From Monocercomonoides exilis PA203 (taxonomy: Eukaryota > Protista > Preaxostyla): a stretch of DNA of 64,000 bases. Shown here in pieces: positions 25,501-38,487 of this stretch. The notes beneath the pieces were generated by a model that made no database searches, was not told the origin of the DNA, and saw only the letters and a list, made by a program, of their open reading frames with translations. Every line of letters begins with the position of its first letter. The first letter of the stretch is position 1. Location: positions 1,116,001 to 1,180,000 of the forward strand of contig LSRY02000032.1 in the NCBI GenBank assembly GCA_001643675.2, written 5' to 3'. A program made the translations under genes and the position numbers.

Positions 25501-28195
25501 TGGTATTGATGTTGTCGTATGTGAAGTATGATAAAGTAGATGATAAATGCTCCAAATTGGCAGATGGCTTTCTCATCTCCTTTTGCAGCTCTTCATCGCT
25601 GTGGATAGACTCTTCACCTCTACTCCCAATCCTCACAAAATCTTCCCATTCGCGGCGTGTGCATTCTGTGCAACAGAACTGTACGTCTGGCGAGAGAGCT
25701 CTTCCGCACACGTTGCACGATTCGAGTGAGACATGATTCGATGTCGAGAGAAGATGGCGGCTCTGCACACGCCATTCAGACAGCTGTGGCAGTGTGTGAG
25801 TGTTCTGTGCAAGTGGCAGAGTCTGACTGAAGACGGTGCATCTCCTATAAACAGTCACCAGGATAAATGGCAGTGCCTCGTTGGCGCTGTGTACAAGCGA
25901 TGCCAAATGAAGCAGATGTTCACCATCAGTGCCGAAGCGTGCCACCTCCGAATAGCCCATCTTCCGCAGCTCACGTGGCGTCAAACCCGTTTTCTTCTTC
26001 TTTGCAGCATTCTCGTTTTGCGTAATTTCAGATTTTGATTGAGCTTTCTCTTTTTCTGAATCGTCAAGCGAGTTTGAATTCTCTTCTATCTCTTCCTCCT
26101 CTTCCTCTTCCTCTTCTTCACTTATTTCGCTGGAATCGTCCATCCAGCTGTCTTCTTCATTTGAGTTGCTTCCTTCTCTATCAATCTCATTTTCAACAAC
26201 TCCTTCTGAAGTCAACGTATTTTGTGACAAATGATCATCGTCTTCTTCTCCATCATCTTCATCTTCTGCTTCTTCTTTTGCTTTTCTCTTTTCTTCTTCT
26301 TCACTCTCTTTTTTCTTTGTCTTGTCTGTTTCATGTTTTTCTTTTCTATCCTTCAGCTCGACTTCTTCTTCATCTATCTCTGAATCAGAATCTGAAGCAA
26401 GATCATCATCTCCTTTCTTTTTCCCTTCAACATTGTCTTCCTCTTCCTCATCCTCGTCTCCTTCCTCCTCTCCATCACCATCGCTTTTATCCTTTTTCCC
26501 TTCTCTTCCACTTTCTCCAGTTGAAGCAGCATTATCAGCACCAGACGATGCCTCACCGCTTCCTGTGTCATCTTCCTTGCTTTCCTTTGCAGCTCTTTCT
26601 CTTCCTTTGAGCGTCGAAAGCTGCGCGTGCTGAAGGAGTGTTTCGCGGAGAACAGGCGAATACGATGTCAGCTGTGCAACCTCGTGGAGCATCGAAGGAA
26701 GCGTGACAAACGAAAGTGATGGCTCCTCAAATGGACTCTGAGATCCTTTTGAATTGCAGGAAGATGGAAAATTCTCTTTTGAAGAAGAATTACGCTCTTT
26801 TCGTTCTTTTCTTTCTTTCAATACCATCTTCAACCCTTCTGCAGTGTAGCATTTTTCGACACATCTAAGCGATTCTGTGTCAAATCCAGAAAAGACGCAC
26901 TGGCTGTTCGAACTGTTGTTGAAGGAGGAAGAAGAAGATGATGATGCAAATGAACTATTTTGCAAATTGTCGCTTTTAAGGAGCATGTGTGAAAAGAAGG
27001 AACCAGAAGAATGGTGAAAAACAATCAATTCTTTATTTGGAAAAACTAACGTATGAATGTCGCAATCCCCCCATTCCTGACCATCTTTTTCTCCATTGTT
27101 GGGCATTGCTCTTTCTTTCCCTTTTAATTCATTCAAGTCCAATGATCCACTAACGTCAATTACATTTCTTTCTGTTCTTTCAGAGGAAGAGGTGTCATTG
27201 TTCTCTCTTCGAGCTTCATCAACTCTGCCAGCAACTGTTCCCTGAAATCCGGAGCCAATCTTTACTATCAATCCATTTATGTGCATAAACACATGCGCAC
27301 CATCGCTTGCAATTCCCTTTAATTTTTTGCGCTGAATTTTTTCATCGAGAAAAATACGCTTTTCATTCGCTTTTGTTGGAGGCGAAATAAGCGATACTTC
27401 CATTGGAGTTGGCGATGAAACAAGAGAAGTGAATGGATAAAATAGAGACCTCCTCCAGCTGTTAAAATCGATAATATGCTTATGCTGATGTGCCAAAAAC
27501 TGATGTAATGTAGATGTAGTACGCAAAAAAGCTTTTTCGTCTTCGATAACCAATTTATAATGTCTCAAAATTTCTTGTACAGCCATTAAAAAATAGTGTT
27601 GTTTCCCAGTTGTCACTCCTAAAGTGATGAGAAAAGGAATTAATATTGTTTCAAAATGTTTATTTCCTGAGCATGTCTTCATTTCTTTAATCACCTTATC
27701 AAATCCACGATAACCTTCGTTTGATAATTTTGCTAATGTTGATGGAGTAAAACTTTGCAGAATATTAAGTAATGCACAGAACATTTCATCTGAAGTTTCT
27801 GGAAAAGCACTTTTTAACGTTTGAGCAATTGTGCTGCTTAAATTAAGTGCGAGCTGAATTGATGTTTCTCCACTTTTCTTTTGACTTTTTGATGACTTTT
27901 TATCAATTTTTTGCTTCAATTGAACCTGGCATTAACAAATGCAAAAAATAAAGTTAGCGTTCTGACAAAACAAAATATTAAAAAATTTGAAAATTCAAAC
28001 ATCATTTTCAATTTCTCGTCTTGAAATAACTGTCATTCGCCTGCTTTCATCAACATGACTTTGATCAACTTTCCGAAGTTCATTAAATCTTGGTATTTCA
28101 ACCATGTCATTAACATTTTTAGAGGAACTTAAATCACAATTGCCGGCATTCAACCGCGCTTTTCTCGTAAAATTAGAGTTGAGAAAAAATGACAT
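4568..28195 (-). CDS. Giant (~7,850 aa) HECTD4/MYCBP2/ZZEF1-like multidomain protein with a degenerate C-terminal HECT domain
   Basis: Exon 1 is 28195..28001 (ATG, MSFFLNSN..), phase-0 intron 28000..27926 (gtttga..gccag), exon 2 is 27925..4568 (23.4 kb uninterrupted). Motifs: IASDGAHVFMH..KIGSGFQGTVAGRV (~27220-27315, HECTD4/MYCBP2-type); split ZZ finger (25420-25717); two (T/S)(S/A)HPY..SD.S...WG CUB-like domains (22405-22835, 8833-9125) plus a degenerate third (~7360-7690); UIM EDLLFEQELERAIQESI (~16915-16975); PIMT-like fold (15535-16365); UBR-box-like Zn finger (13910-14150); HECT elements LRFVGILMG..LPLSPRIWSLL, IQQGLLQVLP, FWKKVTG, YLPFYPTESMLKKQIELAL. Confidence 0.9.
12470..12630 (-). 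repeat. Coding low-complexity acidic tract (DS)n-D(n)-E(n)
   Basis: (TCAGAR)n, (TCR)n and (TCY)n triplet/hexamer repeats on the plus strand, encoding SDSDSD..DDDD..EEEE in the giant protein. Confidence 0.85.
21915..21986. repeat. 12-bp tandem repeat (GAAGAAGAAGAC)x6 encoding poly-Ser
   Basis: Six exact consecutive units read directly from the sequence. Confidence 0.9.
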
Positions 28196-28652
28196 GATCA
28201 ATCCACCTTTATTATGGTGTTCGATCTTTTATTCGCATTTGTTCGTCAGAAATTTCAATTTCCTTCTTTGAATATGATTAATGTTTGCGTTGAATGATTT
28301 TCTTTCAAAAAACATCAATTTTGCTTTTTTCATTGCTTATGTATTATCAAAAAATAATCTGATGTCTTTCTTTTAAATTACAAAAAAGTTAAACCACCAG
28401 ATTTAAAACAAAAATTGAAACGAATAATTCGCACACAAGTTTAAATTAAATGAGATATAATTTGTCAAATAAATGGTTTGAAAATTACAAAATTTGAATA
28501 ATTGTTAAAAATCATAATTGAAAAAATTTTTATGGTACGAAAAATTATTTTGCTCTTGCTTTTGAGAGCTAAGTTAGCTCGAAAGACAAAAAAATATAAA
28601 AGATTCTTTCAAAGAATAAAGTTATATTTTTTCTTTACTATCCATTCAACAT
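28196..28652. promoter_or_regulatory. Putative bidirectional promoter region between the giant HECT-like gene and the RhoGEF
   Basis: About 457 bp of AT-rich spacer between two divergent start codons. No specific element was identified. Confidence 0.4.
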
Positions 28653-31600
28653 ATGGATTCTTTATCCAACAAGGATAAAGATTTAGCAATGATATCGCAA
28701 GTATTCTTGAGTACAAATTCTTCAAATAAAAATAATGAATCCAGCCGCGATAAATATACTTTTTCTCAAAATGCTAGCGATTTGCACCTTGAAAATTCGC
28801 TTATTTCAACAACTGACACTCAACAATTGTGCAAAGAGCAATTGCAGGTTGAAGCAAATTGTGATGCAACTACAGAAAAATCTTTATATCAAGATAAATC
28901 AAAGTATTTCAAACATCGCAATAGCTTTATTTCAGACAATGAAAAATCTGAAAATGAAAAAAACGATAAAAAATTCGATCATTTGAGTCCCGAAGGACTT
29001 ATTTTACAAAACGATAGAAAAAGTGAAAACAGCATTAAACGTCAACAAAAATTAAAGATAAAAGTGAAAAAGGTTGAGGAAGCAGAAAAATTTTCGGGTC
29101 AGATTGATGATGCTCAATTGAATGTTGATCAACGTCAACCTTCACGGAGCAATATTTGTTCTGTATCATCTGCAAGTTCTTCGCAATTTCCTCATTCAGT
29201 TACAAGGTCAAGTCACAAAGAATCAATTAATGCTTCTCGCATCCAAGGAACCGGATATCTTATTCAATCTGCAAGTTCTCGTTCGTTGGTAATGTCGGAA
29301 TTTTCATCTTCAAACACCGCAAAATCAACCATTTTTCATAATTCACCGGCATTAAAAGAAAGGCAATTTGCACTGAGAGAGATTCTGAACATGGAACAAG
29401 TATTTATTGAGCAAATGAATCATCTGATTATTGTATGCAAATGCTCCTTCGAGGAATTTTGTGAAATTTATTCGAAACTTTTCACTGCTATTGAGGACAC
29501 TTTTTTCTTTTGACGAATTATTTTATTTTCTTATTTTTCTGAGACTTATGGCTTTTTTTTAAATTTTATTGTTATCCTTTGATTAAAAAATGTTATGTAT
29601 TTTTCGCCTTTTCTTTCTGTTTGTTTTGTTTCAGTATTACAAGATGCCTCTTGTTCGCTCGATGGATCACTTTTCCTTGACACCTCGTGATTTGCGTGTT
29701 CTTTTCCGCAACGTGTCTGTTCTGAGAGACATCACAACGCATCTGCTCCGTTCACTTCAGAACTGCGTCGAATTCAACCAGAAAAACGAGATGGAAAAGA
29801 AGAAGGAAGAAGAGAGGCTTCTGAAGGCAGCACGCGAATATGTCGAGTGCGCTGCTCGCAAATCTTTGTCAGCTTCAAACATGCAAATGCAACAAGTCTC
29901 AACAGATTCATCATCATCATCATCATCATCTTCTTCTTCTTCTTCTTCTTCTTCTTCTTCCTCTGCTGTTCCTGTTCCTCCTCCTCCACTACTCCTTCCT
30001 GTGCCTCGTCTGCCAGCCAGCAACGAGCAGCTGAACAGCGTTGGCAAAGTGTTCTCTGCCATTTCGCATCTGCTCACTCAGTACTCTCCTTATGTTTCAT
30101 CCCAGCCACAGGCAAACGAGTTTCTCAACCGGCACATCAAAACAAACAAGCATTTTCGCGAGTTTCTGAGCCAGACGCAGGCGATGCTGCCGATGTACAA
30201 GTTTGATCTGAGCACATATCTCGCATATCCTGTTCAACACGTGGTTCGATACCAGCTGCATCTGGAGAAGCTGATACAGACATACGAAGCAAGAGAAAAG
30301 GAGCTGCTGGCAGAAAAGGAAAGGGCAAGAGAAGAAGAAAAAAAGGATGAAGAAGAAGATAAGGGAGAGATTGAAGAATCAACATTTGAAGCAGAGCATT
30401 CACAATATCAAGCATCAAAAGATGGAGCAGATGAATCTGAGTCTGAAAGAGAAAACATTCCGAACAGACCAACCGAAGAAGAGAAAATGAATGCGAAGAT
30501 CGAGAGGGAAGTGAGAAAGCAGGAGAGGCTGATAAAAGTGTACCAGCGCAACATGTGTGCAGAGGATGAGAAGAGAGAGGAAGAAGAGCTTCGTGATGCT
30601 TTGAGTCGGATTCGGCAAGTGACAGCGTCGATTGACCATTCGAAGCAGGAGCAGGATGAGAAAGTGCGTGTGGTGGAGATTACGAGGGAGATGCAGCGGG
30701 GAGAGGAGATTGCTGGCAGTTTGATTGCGCCAAGCAGACGGTGTCTGGATGAATGTGTGGCAGAGGTGATGATTGAGAGGCTGGAGACATTCTGCAAAGT
30801 GAGCACGAAAAAGAGGGGTAGAGCGAAGGAGAAGGAGGCACACGAACAGAATTCTCATGAGGAAGATGGAGAGAAGAAGCATTTTGCAGGAAATGACATT
30901 ACAATCACAGAATCATCAGCTTTTGCGAAAGTGAGTCAGCAAGCAACTCAAAAGAATGCAGGATTACAGCCACAAACACAGAAAAGCTTTTCTTCAGATT
31001 CCTCGTTTGGAGAAAGCGAACTACAAAACAATAATAAGAGACAAGGGGTGAATGGAGTGTCTGATTATCCATCTGATTTTGAATACAACATCACTTCCTC
31101 GAGAAAGCATTCAAGAAGTAGAAATGGAGAGAAAGACAACATGACAACAAATGTGAACAATCGATCTGGTGAAAGAAGAGCAGTTTCTCCGTCCAGCCAG
31201 CCATCGTCGCGTGTGTCGGGCTCGCCAACACCAACAACAGCCTCTTTCTCAACAAATCATTCAGACAGCAGACAAATTGTGTACAGATCAGAACTGGCAG
31301 CAAATGTGGTTGTGTTCAACGATGCGCTGATGCTGAACAGATACAGCAAGAAAAAGAGAGAGAATGTGATTCGACTGAAACGAGAGCTCAAAACGAAGAA
31401 GGCGAAGGACCAACACATTGCGTCTTCTTCTGCTTCAGATGCGTCTTCGTTTGTGTGGCAGACGTTTGAATGTATCTTTCCATTGCAGTTTGTGAAGACT
31501 GTTGTGCTCATCGACGACAACCAGACAGACTTCGTTCTTGTCAACGAAGAGATGAATGGGCAGAGACAGAGACAGAGCAATAACACATCCAGCAGACCGA

Positions 31601-34600
31601 ACTCTGCTTCCATTTCTCCCCAGCCTCGCAGCACAGATGTGTCTCCCTGTGACAATTCAGACAGACACCTTTCTGTTTCTCCCCAACCCCTCTGCCCAAC
31701 TGGTATCTCGTCAAACACTCCCTTCTCTCCTCTTCCTCCGTCTTCTGTCTCTTCCCTCGTCTCTGCCTCTCCCACTTTCTCTTCTCCTTCTCCGCGTCAG
31801 CCCAACCGCTCCGGCTTCTCCAGCTCTCATTCGCGTTCTCCTTCTCTGTCCCCTCCTTCGCATTCATCCATTTCTCCCCAAACACCTTCTCCTCAGCTGA
31901 AGCCTGTGGAAGTTCCGACTCTTCAGCTGCCTCTCTTCTCTTCTGCTTTTGCGTCTGCCTCGCCAACAGCCAATGCTTCTGAAGCACACGTTTCTCGTCT
32001 GCCATCTTCGGTCTTCCGCTCCAAATTCTGCCTGACAATCACACTCGACTTACCTTCTTTCATCGACCCTACTTTTGTCGATTCTGCCACAAAATTCCCT
32101 CATTTGTCTCATCTTCCGCGGGGAGCAGAACGGAAATTCCGACATTCGGCAACGATTCGGCTGCTGTTTGAAGAGGAAGACAGTTGTTTACAGATGAAGG
32201 AGGCTGTACAGAAGGCAGTGAATGAATGCAAAATGAACAGAGAACAGCAGATTGGCTTTGATGCGATGCAGGAACAAAACAGCAAATACACAAAGAAAGA
32301 GAGAGGGAAGAAGATGAGAACGAAAAACATGAAAGGGAAAAGAGAAAAAGAAGGAAATGACAACATGTCAAAAACAGATGAAGGAGTTATAAGTGACCAG
32401 CCAAGTGAAGAAGATGAGGACGGGGTGGAAGTAATGGATGATGATGAAGAGGAAGAAGAGGAGGAGGAGGAAGAAGAAGAAGACGATGATGACTTAGTTG
32501 TTCTTGTGGATGTGTTGGATCAGACACTTGCACGCCATGAGCGTTCTTCTGCCTGTGAAGCATTTTCATCATCTTCCTCGTCTTCTTCATTTCTTTCTGA
32601 GTTGCCTTCATCCTCTGACCCCTTTTCCTCTTCATCATTTACTCCTTCTTCTGCCCTTCGCTCTTCTCTTTCACTTTTCTCTCCTTTTTCTTCAGCACAT
32701 TCTTCATTCACTTTCTCATCGCATCCACTTTTCCCACCGCCAACAGCAGCGCAGCTGAAGTATCAGTCGATGCAGTCACTTCTGCAGAACGAAGAGAACT
32801 ATGTTGAGCAGCTGAAGAACATTGAGACCTTCTTCTATCGTCCTTTGCTGCAGTCGTTTGAACAGCTAAAGAAAAAAGGCAAAATGACATCTTCGTTTCG
32901 CTCAAAGTTTTCAAAGGCGCCAGAAAAGAAAGAAAATCAGAAGATGACATCTCCATCAGATGATATAATTGCATCTCCAATGGATTATTCAAGTGATGAA
33001 TATGTTCCATTCAGTGGAAATGTGTCCTGTTCGTCTAGAGCTTCTTCGCCAAGGTTGATGGCATCTGCTCCACAGGCACCTCCATCTCCCACGCTGACTC
33101 CTCGTTCAGCTGCTGAATCGTCCTCTCTTCTTTCTGATGTTCTGACTGAAGAAGACATCCGCTCTGTCTTCAATTCACTAACATCTGTGTTGGGCGTCCA
33201 CAAATCCTTCCTTGTTCAGCTGAGAGATGTCATTCAGACACGAAATGGAGTCGGATTGAGTGCCATTTTGTCTGCTTTTTCGCAGCAGATGAAGATTGTC
33301 CTGCCGTTTGCATTGGAGCAGCCGAAGAGGAGGGAGATACTGGCGAAGTGGAGAGGAGGGTCAGCTGTCTTCAGAGAAGTGGTGAAGAAAGGGGAGGAAG
33401 AGGTGTGGAACAAGGAGAAGAGGAAGATCAAAGAGAAGAGCAAGAAAAAGCAGGAAAGAAGAGAACATGAGAAATCAATGGAGAAAGAGTGGGAAAAGGA
33501 ATGGGAAGGCGAGTGTCGCAAAAAAGGAATAGACAACTCAGAAATTGAGAGATTTCGAGAGAAATTACATGAAATGCTGGAGAAGATTAACAGACAGCGC
33601 GAAGAAGAGGAAGAAGAGCGGGGAGAAGATGTTTTATCATCCATTTTGACATTCGAAGAGATGCTGCAGCTTCCACTCAACCGTCTGTCGATGTATGTGC
33701 CTTTGATACGTGCAATTATCACGCATGTGCAGGATGAGTCTTCAAAAAATGAAGAAATGAATAACGGAGTCAAATCTGCCAATCGCATTGAGAATTCTTT
33801 TGATGGCAAATTGAAGGCATCTCAAACGAAACAATATCCACAAATAACATCAGATGGGCTTCCATCGCAATCTTTGCCTTCGTCTCTTCTTTTGCTTTCC
33901 TCTCCGATGGCATCGTCAGTCACCATCAGCACTTCAGAAGATGAGGTGATGGGGTTGGAAATGGCGTGTGCCACATTCTCGCGGGTGAGTGACGAAGTGA
34001 GAGAAGCCATCCAGCGGAACGAGGCAAAAAGGAAGCTGATTGCATTGATCAGTGAATATCCACTCAGTTCAGGACAGAGGAATGTTGTGTTGGCGCCAGC
34101 GAGAGGAGTGGTGGTGGATGTGTGTGTGGAGCAGATGGCAGATGTGGAAGAGGAATGTGACGAGGTGGATCTCTTAGCAGCACTGAAGAAGAGCATCGGG
34201 GTGGAGCTGGTGGAGGGAGAGAAGGAGAAAGAAAAAGAAAAAGAAAAAGATAAAGATAAAGATAAAGAGAAGAATGAAAAAGAGGAGAAAGAAGATAAAG
34301 ATAAAGAAGAAGAGAAAGAGAAAGAGAAAGAGAAAGAAGATAAAGAAGAAGAAGCAAAAGATAGAAAAGACAAAAAGAAAGATAAAAAATCAAAAAATGA
34401 AAAACATCAAAAAAGCAAAAAAGGTCTCAAAGAAAGCAAAAGTGCAATTTTTATTCCAATTCCAACAAAACAGCACAACTCCAATTTGAAGCACCACAAC
34501 AAAAGAAAACATCAGCACGAAAAAGAGGCATATGACTCGGATTATTCAAAAGAGAATAAAAAAGATTCAAAAGAACTCCGCAGGAAAAATTCTGGTTTTC

Positions 34601-37600
34601 AACAAGTTTCACCTAAAGAAATTGATGAATTTGATGACAATATTTCACGCTTGGTGCAAAAAATAAAAGTGAAAGGGAAAAAAGATGGTTGCAAAAAAGA
34701 TTTATCCAAAAAATCGAAGAAAAAAGAGAGGGAAGCAGAAAAATGTCAGTTGGAGTATCCTTTGTCCGAGACAGACATCACAATCATCTCGATCACATCG
34801 TCATCTGCAGTCACTCTTTCAGACAGAGGAAGCGAAGATGAGAATGTTGAAGCATTGTCTGTGCTTCCACACAAGAAGAATGCTCTAAAAGAGAAAAAGG
34901 CTGATGTTTATGGAAGAAAAGCTAAAAATGATTTTAAAGGCGAATCTGATTTTATTTCATTAAGTGCAGAGTCTTCTAAAAGTTTTGGTTTGGCAAAAGA
35001 AAGTGAAGAAAAAAGGAAGGAAAAGGATGGAAAACGAATAACTAAAGAAAAAGAAGACGAATATTTGTCTGATGATGAGCCAGTTTCAGTGGATATTCAG
35101 GATGAAATAAAAGCGGAAGAAATTAGCAGAATCATCTTGTCATCTCTTTCAACACACAAATCAAAAACTAAACAAAAATACATCAAAATTCTATCTGAAA
35201 ACACGCCAGGCAAAAAGAACTCTTCTTTTTCATTGCAACCAAATCAAAGTCAGTCTCAACTGGAAAACTCACAATTCACTTCATTCAAACCTTTGAAAAC
35301 ATCCTTTTTCCCTTCTTTTGAGCACAACACATCCAAAATGAGTGTGTCAACAGCAAATGCAGCATCCCCTGAGTCGCTTTATGTCATTCCATCTGTTTCA
35401 TTCTCATCAAACATTCAGCAGGCAGCAGTTCCTTCTCTCTCTTCTTCTTTCCCTTTGGCTTCTTCGCCTGCCTCTTCTTCCTCAGAAAGCTCTCTTTTCG
35501 CTGATCTTTCAGAGGAACAGCTAAACACCTCCTCCATTTCTTCGTCTTCTGCCTCGAAGGGACCAATTAAACGATACTTTGTCGATTTGAGTGCGCCTCC
35601 CCAGTCGCTTTCTTATTCACCTCCTTCTCCTCTTTCCCCTGCTTCTCAGATGTCTGATGCTTTTGCTCCAAAAAGCAGCATAAAACAGTCTTCAAGCAAT
35701 CTTTCTCTGTCTTCGTCTTTCTCATTCTCTGCAAATAATGCTACAGTTCTGAAGCCATCTTCCACCACGATTTTCATTCCAGCACCATCTTCCTCTTCTT
35801 CCTCATCAGTCTCTTCCTCTTCCTCTTCCTCTTCCTCTTCAACGTCCTCTCCTTCGCCTTCCTCATTCCACTCAAAGCTGTTTAACACCAACTCATTCAG
35901 AACAGCCCTTTCTCCAACAAAATCTTCTTCCTCTTCTCTTCCTCCTCAATCATCAGCAATTGACTCATCTGCCTCTGTTTCTTCTTTTTCCTCTTTGTCT
36001 TCAGCTTCGATAGTTGCAACAAATTCTGCTTCTTCTGCTTCTGCAACAACAACATCTTCTCCTTCTCCTTCTTTATCATCTTCATCATCTTCATCATCTA
36101 CAACAACAACTTCTCCTTCGTCTGTCTCTTCTTCATCTCCTTCTCCTTCTCCTTCTTCTCTTCGAAGCATTCAGTTTCAGAGCCCTCTTCCTCGAACGAG
36201 AGACACCAGAAACAAATCTCCATTCCGTCAGCCTTCGCCAACTGAACTTTTCTCTTCTGTTTCTTCTTCTTCCTCTTCCTCTTCCTCCTCCTCCTCTTCT
36301 TCTTCTTCTTCTTCTTCTTCTTCTTCTTCATTTTTTTCTTCTTCTCACAGAATGTCTCGTTCTGCTTCTCCAATTCATCTGTTCCACAACACAGCTGCAC
36401 TTTCTTCTTCAACATATCAAGGGCCCTCTCTGTCTCCTCAATACACTTCATCATCGCATTCTTCTTCTTCTTCTTCAAATTCTTCAAATTCTTCTTCTTT
36501 ATTGCGTTCACTTTCTCCTTCTCCTCCTCTTTCTTATCCTTCTTCTTCTTCCGATTGCATCCCTCAAAATGCAACATCACCCTCTTTTCAGTCAAACATT
36601 CCAAAAAGAGCTATTTCTCCTCAGTCGCATTTTCAGCCTCTCAAACTTTCATCCACACATACTTCTCCAAACAGCTCTCCTTTTCATTCACGACAACCAT
36701 CTTCTGCAGACACAATGACATCAAAGACAACTTCCAACAATACTATTCCACCACCTCCTCCTCCCACTTCATCATCATCATCATCATCATCTTCTTCTTC
36801 TTCTTCTTCTTCTTCTTCTTCTTCTTCTTCTTCTTCTTCTTCTTCTTCTTCAATTCCTTTTGACTCAGCAGTGTCGTCTGTCAAACTGAGGAGATCTCAA
36901 AAAGTTCCTCCATTGAAATTGAACCAGGCGCAAAATTCATTTTCTTCTTCTTCTTCTTCAGCAAATGCTTCATTTAGTCCATCTTCTTCATTCACAAACA
37001 CTCCAAATCATTCAACTGATCTGTTTTCAAAGCATTCTGCTTTCCTTTCTTCTGCTTCTCTGCGCCGTCGTTCGATCACCCCTCCTCCTCGTCCAACTGG
37101 CTTCAAGTCAGTTCTTCCTTCTCCTTTTGCTCCTTCCTCTCAAAACAAGAACACACAAAATTCTCAGCTTCAAAAAATAGATGCGATATCAGATGCTCAT
37201 TCAATGAATACGTTCCACAGCTATTCGCAGAGCACAACACCTCGTTCTGTTGTCATTCCACCCACACCTCCTCGATCAAGAAACACGTCTCCAAGAGAAG
37301 AGAACATGAGAGTCACTCTGCAGTCATCGCCTGATGCATATTCTCTACCATCACAAGCATCAACAACTATTTCATCAACAACTATACCATCAAATACTAA
37401 TGCAGCCACAACTAATACAATGTTAACTAATTCAACTGCTATAGCAACATCTCCAACTGCGTGCACTCCAAGCAATTCATCAACAACTTTATCTCCATTG
37501 TCGCTTAACACTCCGCAAACAACACCTCTTTTTTCATCAATAACACCTCATCCACACCTCTCAACAACAATCACACGCCCAACTTTTTCTAACACTTTTG

Positions 37601-38487
37601 CAATTCCTCATTCACTGCACAAAAAGCTTGCCAAAAGAGAAAGGAAAAGGAAACTCAGACTGTCAATGAAAGAAGAATATGCAAATGAAAATGGTTTTGC
37701 TGAGGCAACAAAGCTTGTTCTGTGCAATGATGCGTTGATTGTGCTGTCTCTTGAGCCAGCACACCGAATGCATCCATTCAAAAGGATAATCAATCTGAGA
37801 TATGTTGACTGGTTTGAAGTGGTTGATGGAGAAGGGGAAGACAAAAGACTCAAAGAAGATGAAGAGAAGAGGAGAGCTATGTTGGCACACAAAGAAAGAA
37901 GATGGACAAAAGGAATGGAACAACAGGATGAAGATGAGACAAGTGAAAGTTACGAAAGAAAGAAAGAGGAAGAGAAAAGCGAAAGCAGTTTTGAACTTGT
38001 TGGAAGCAATTTGTATCTGTTTCGTATGTGTGTTGTGGTGGAATCACAGAAGACGGACATGTCATTTGCAGATAAAACAGGAAAAAATAAGCAAAACTCA
38101 CGTGAAAAGAAATATCATTTCGAAGATCTTAATGATTCTTCATTTGGATATTCATCCCATTCAAAATATGATGATTATCGGTCGCAAAGTCGTTCTTTTA
38201 CAAAGCTTTCTCATCTTCATTCACATGCTCGTCATCTTCATGAATCTAAGTCATATTCTCATTTGTATTCTCCCTCATCTTCCGAGTGTTCTTCTGATCC
38301 TTCGTCTGATTCTTCGCCAAAACAGAAAGGTAAACTTCGAAAGAATCTTTGTCCATTTTGTTTTCGCTTATTTTCCTTCTCTTTTCCATCGAAAGAAGAA
38401 CTTCATCGTTTTGCTTGGAGTTTCAGTGATGTCGTGAAGGAGCTGAGAGTGCGTGCCAGAAAAGAAGCTGAAATGAAGCGGTTTTAG
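28653..38487 (+). CDS. Dbl-family RhoGEF with two DH-PH tandems (~3,210 aa) and large Ser-rich insertions
   Basis: Exon 1 28653..29432, phase-0 intron 29433..29634 (gtatgc..tttcag), exon 2 29635..38487. Splicing restores DH1 (RQFALREILNMEQVFIEQMNHLIIYYKMPL..LFRNVSVL..LSTYLAYPVQHVVRYQLHLEKL). DH2 reads SLLQNEENYVEQLKNIETFFYRPL..IRSVFNSL..MLQLPLNRLSMYVPLI. PH strands VVVFNDALML and LVLCNDALIV, each with a terminal PH helix. Confidence 0.9.
29908..29964 (+). repeat. Compound (TCA)n(TCT)n microsatellite encoding poly-Ser
   Basis: Directly visible; it lies inside DH1. Confidence 0.9.
36769..36852 (+). repeat. Compound (TCA)n(TCT)n microsatellite encoding ~28 Ser
   Basis: Directly visible; same structure as 29908..29964. 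Confidence 0.9.

Noticed and set aside
4653-27024. Dozens of short antisense or alternate-frame ORFs (poly-S/F/L/K) overlapping the giant gene, and likewise within the RhoGEF, RhoGAP, CHC and kinesin-like genes
   Set aside because: Shadow ORFs produced by triplet-repeat, stop-poor coding sequence; no independent motifs.
29440-29505. Hairpin followed by ACA in the 202-nt RhoGEF intron (H/ACA snoRNA?)
   Set aside because: Pocket-to-ACA distance is only ~11 nt, there is no H box or second hairpin, and no target is recognisable.
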